A stretch of 51,901 bases of DNA from Octopus bimaculoides (lineage: Eukaryota), in NCBI RefSeq assembly GCF_001194135.2, contig NC_068984.1:127870269-127922169 (forward strand), read 5' to 3'. This document shows, one piece after another, positions 49,313-51,901 of the stretch (positions are counted from its first letter, which is position 1; each line of letters starts with the position of its first letter). A program made the position numbers and the translations under genes. The notes below the pieces were generated by a model. It did no database searches. It was not told the DNA's origin and saw nothing but the letters and a program-made list of their open reading frames with translations.

Positions 49313-49379
49313 AAGATGTAAAGAAGCAAATTGTTATTGTTTCAAATGGTACCCTGTTGGCCGAGCAAGCAATACACAT
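49313..49379 (+). CDS. Exon of iGluR-like gene: (E)DVKKQIVIVSNGTLLAEQAIH
   Basis: Strong acceptor catttatttctaattcag and donor gtgagt, 67 nt, phase 1-2, open. IVIV...LLAEQAIH aligns with HVIFDC...ILKQALAM (recalled). Confidence 0.78.
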
Positions 49380-49534
49380 GTGAGTGGATCTTGGTCAGGA
49401 AGTGTGTAAAACCTTTTTTAACTCTTTTTATACCAATCTGTTTGAAACCATCCCTGATTCTATGATGATAACCTTCCAGCAACATTTCATATTTAATTCA
49501 TGTTCCAAATACCAAGTTCATCATCATAATCATC

Positions 49535-49780
49535 ATGCTAGCATGGGTTGGACGGTTCAACCGGGGTCTGGGAAGCCAGGAGGCTGCACCAGGCTCCAGT
49601 CTGATCTAGCAGTGTTTCCACAGCTGGATGACCTTCTTAATGCCAACCACTCTGTGAGTATAGTGGGTGCTTTTTACATGCCACCAGCACAAGGGCCAGA
49701 GGAGGCTGCCAACAGCCACGGTCAGTTGGTGCTTTTTACGTGCCACCAGCACGGAAGCCAGTCAAGGCGGCACTGGCATG
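49535..49780 (-). mobile_element. SINE/RTE-tail family copy
   Basis: catgctagcatgggttggacgg...gctgcaccaggctccagtctgatc...gcttttacgtgccacc. Confidence 0.85.
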
Positions 49781-49811
49781 GAGAAAAAAAGTTATTTTGA
49801 TAAATTTTTCA

Positions 49812-50200
49812 TCATGGCTGTGTGATTAAGGCGTTTTGGGTTCATTGCAGCAACTTGAGTAAGTGTCCTCTCCTATAACCCCAGGCTGACCAATGCCTTG
49901 TGAATGGATTTGGTGGACAGAAACCATGTGCAAGCCTCTCATGTGTGTGTGTGTGTGTGTGTGTGTGCATGCGTGCATGTGTCTGTGTCTCTGTATGTGC
50001 ATATGTATGCTTGTGTGTGTTTGTGTTCGCCACCACCATCACTTGACAACCAATGTTGGTTTGTGTATGTCCTCACAGCTTAGCAATCCAGCAAAAGAGA
50101 CCTGTATGATTAGTACCAAAGCTAAAAATAAGCACTGGGTTCAATTTGTTTGACCAAATTCTTCAAGCTTGTGCTGTAGCATGGCCATGGCCCAATGAGC
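49812..50200 (+). mobile_element. Degenerate bipartite CORE-like SINE
   Basis: catggctgtgtgattaag...gtgaatggatttggtgg, (TG)n, then cttgacaaccaatgttgg...cagcaaaagagacc. Confidence 0.8.
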
Positions 50201-50692
50201 AAAATGCACAAGAGATTAACGATAGAAGCTTATTATTTTAAAAATTAATTGAAAGAAAGATGATGTATTTCAGCAGAAATATGGTAATAGAAGAGTTAAA
50301 TCACAAATTGATGTTTAGAAAAATAAAATTGATTACTTAATACATCAAATTAAGATATGATATCTTTCTATGTTCAACATTGATGGAAGAGGTTTGACTT
50401 TTTAGCAGAACTATGTGGCTGATAAATTAACATTGAAGTCAATGATGTTATCAAAGAGATAAATGTTCAGTTAAAGATGACAGGAATGTATATAGCTAAT
50501 TTGAGGAAAAATGTAATGGAGGTTAGCTTATAGGATGTAATTGGTTGCATGTTCACTCAGGAAGTAAGAGAGTTGTTATTAGATTCACATCGTTGTTTTT
50601 GTTATTCATTTTTAACAACCATGTGTTATACAGAATGTTATGTTTAATGCTTTTAATGTGTGTCTATCTATATATACATATATACATACACA

Positions 50693-50749
<57 letters not shown>

Positions 50750-51199
50750 CCTATCTATCTATCTATTTATCTTGCTAGCTAGCTATCTGTAGGTAAGTGG
50801 GTGCGTATGCAGGTGTGTGTGCATGCATGTGTTCAATTCATTGACTCAAAGGCAGTGTGTTTCACCAGAAATATACCAATAAATGAGTTAAGAGTATTTT
50901 TGTTTCACGATTAGATATTTTATTCATGCTTTCTATGTCTGGATAGTGTGTGAACCCAACTGATCACATGAATAGTATCTTGCCTCTTTTTCTCGCTCCC
51001 AACCTATATATAAATACACAAAGGCATGTACATATACACACAGGCACATGCACACACACACATACACACACACACACAAACACACACATACACGCACACA
51101 CACATACACACACACACATACACACACACACAAACACACACACACATACACACACACATACACATACACACATCTGCATACACACAAACACACACATAT

Positions 51200-51671
51200 A
51201 GTGCATAGACATGTACATCCTGTGGCGATAAGGGCTTTTAGCTCTTATTTCTAGCAATATAGGTTCTACCCTGCACTGTCAGTCACAATTAATGACAATT
51301 GAGTTTATCCAGTTTGGTCTTATATTGTGTATACATGCCTTTGTTATTTTATAATTTCCACATTACCATTTTCCTGAATTAGCCACCGATTCATATGGCA
51401 AATACTGACAGTCGGGATTTAGACAAACCCTCCAGCGATGGAGTAGTCACCATTGATGAGCTTTAATTATAAGCAAAACTAAACTAGTATGGTGATCTCA
51501 CTAGCTGTGGGGCAGTTATCAGTGCATAGACATGTACTTCCTGTGGCTATAAGAGCTTTTAGCTTTTATTTCTAGCAATGTAGGTGCTACCCCACACCAT
51601 CAGTGACAATTAAGGACAACTGGACTTTTCCTTTTTGGTTTCTTATTGCGTATAGCCACCTTCATTATTTT

Positions 51672-51675
<4 letters not shown>
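51200..51675 (+). repeat. ~150-bp direct duplication with ~320-bp period
   Basis: agtgcatagacatgtac.tcctgtggc.ataag.gctttt.gct.ttatttctagcaat at about 51200 and 51521, roughly 80% identical by eye. Confidence 0.9.
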
Positions 51676-51715
<40 letters not shown>

Positions 51716-51901
51716 GCACACACACACACACACACACTCATGCATACATACATACATACCTATCTATCTTTCTATCTATCTATTTATCTATCTATTTATA
51801 AATATAATTAAGGGATCAGCAAATATTTGCTTCACCATATACCGAAGTTCAGAAATAGCAGCTAAAAAAGCTGCGAATCCCACAGATAGTATCACTGTGA
51901 T

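Overview
AT-rich, microsatellite-saturated eukaryotic genomic DNA with 13 N-gaps. The SINE and repeat families resemble those of Octopus (coleoid cephalopod draft assembly); this is inferred from memory, not from a search. None of the long ORFs in the supplied track is a host gene: they are gap- or simple-repeat artefacts or decayed transposons. Reading for splice signals reveals a + strand multi-exon gene hidden in tiny exons (22-81 nt) spread over about 34 kb (15104-49379). The exons join in frame into a sequence that aligns, motif by motif, to the amino-terminal (LIVBP/ANF-receptor-like) domain of AMPA/kainate-type ionotropic glutamate receptors, but is highly divergent: ...SLQVQIS-HQTYITFKE-LVEENNRIVQN-ACNDNIKSISLAFEDLHNLIYKFNSCN-VILQSDDTKREGQ-VCLQYIA-...-DSHAFPDEKVTILISKIPMDHT-EDVKKQIVIVSNGTLLAEQAIH. 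The four-exon core (27548-32866) is well supported; two stretches have competing exon paths that are unresolved. The gene's 5' end and channel domains are not visible in this window. Introns and flanks hold decayed hAT, mariner/Tc1, R4/Dong-like, Penelope-like and Helitron elements, several MITEs (one enclosing a Penelope fragment), and many tRNA-derived SINEs with shuffled head/tail modules.
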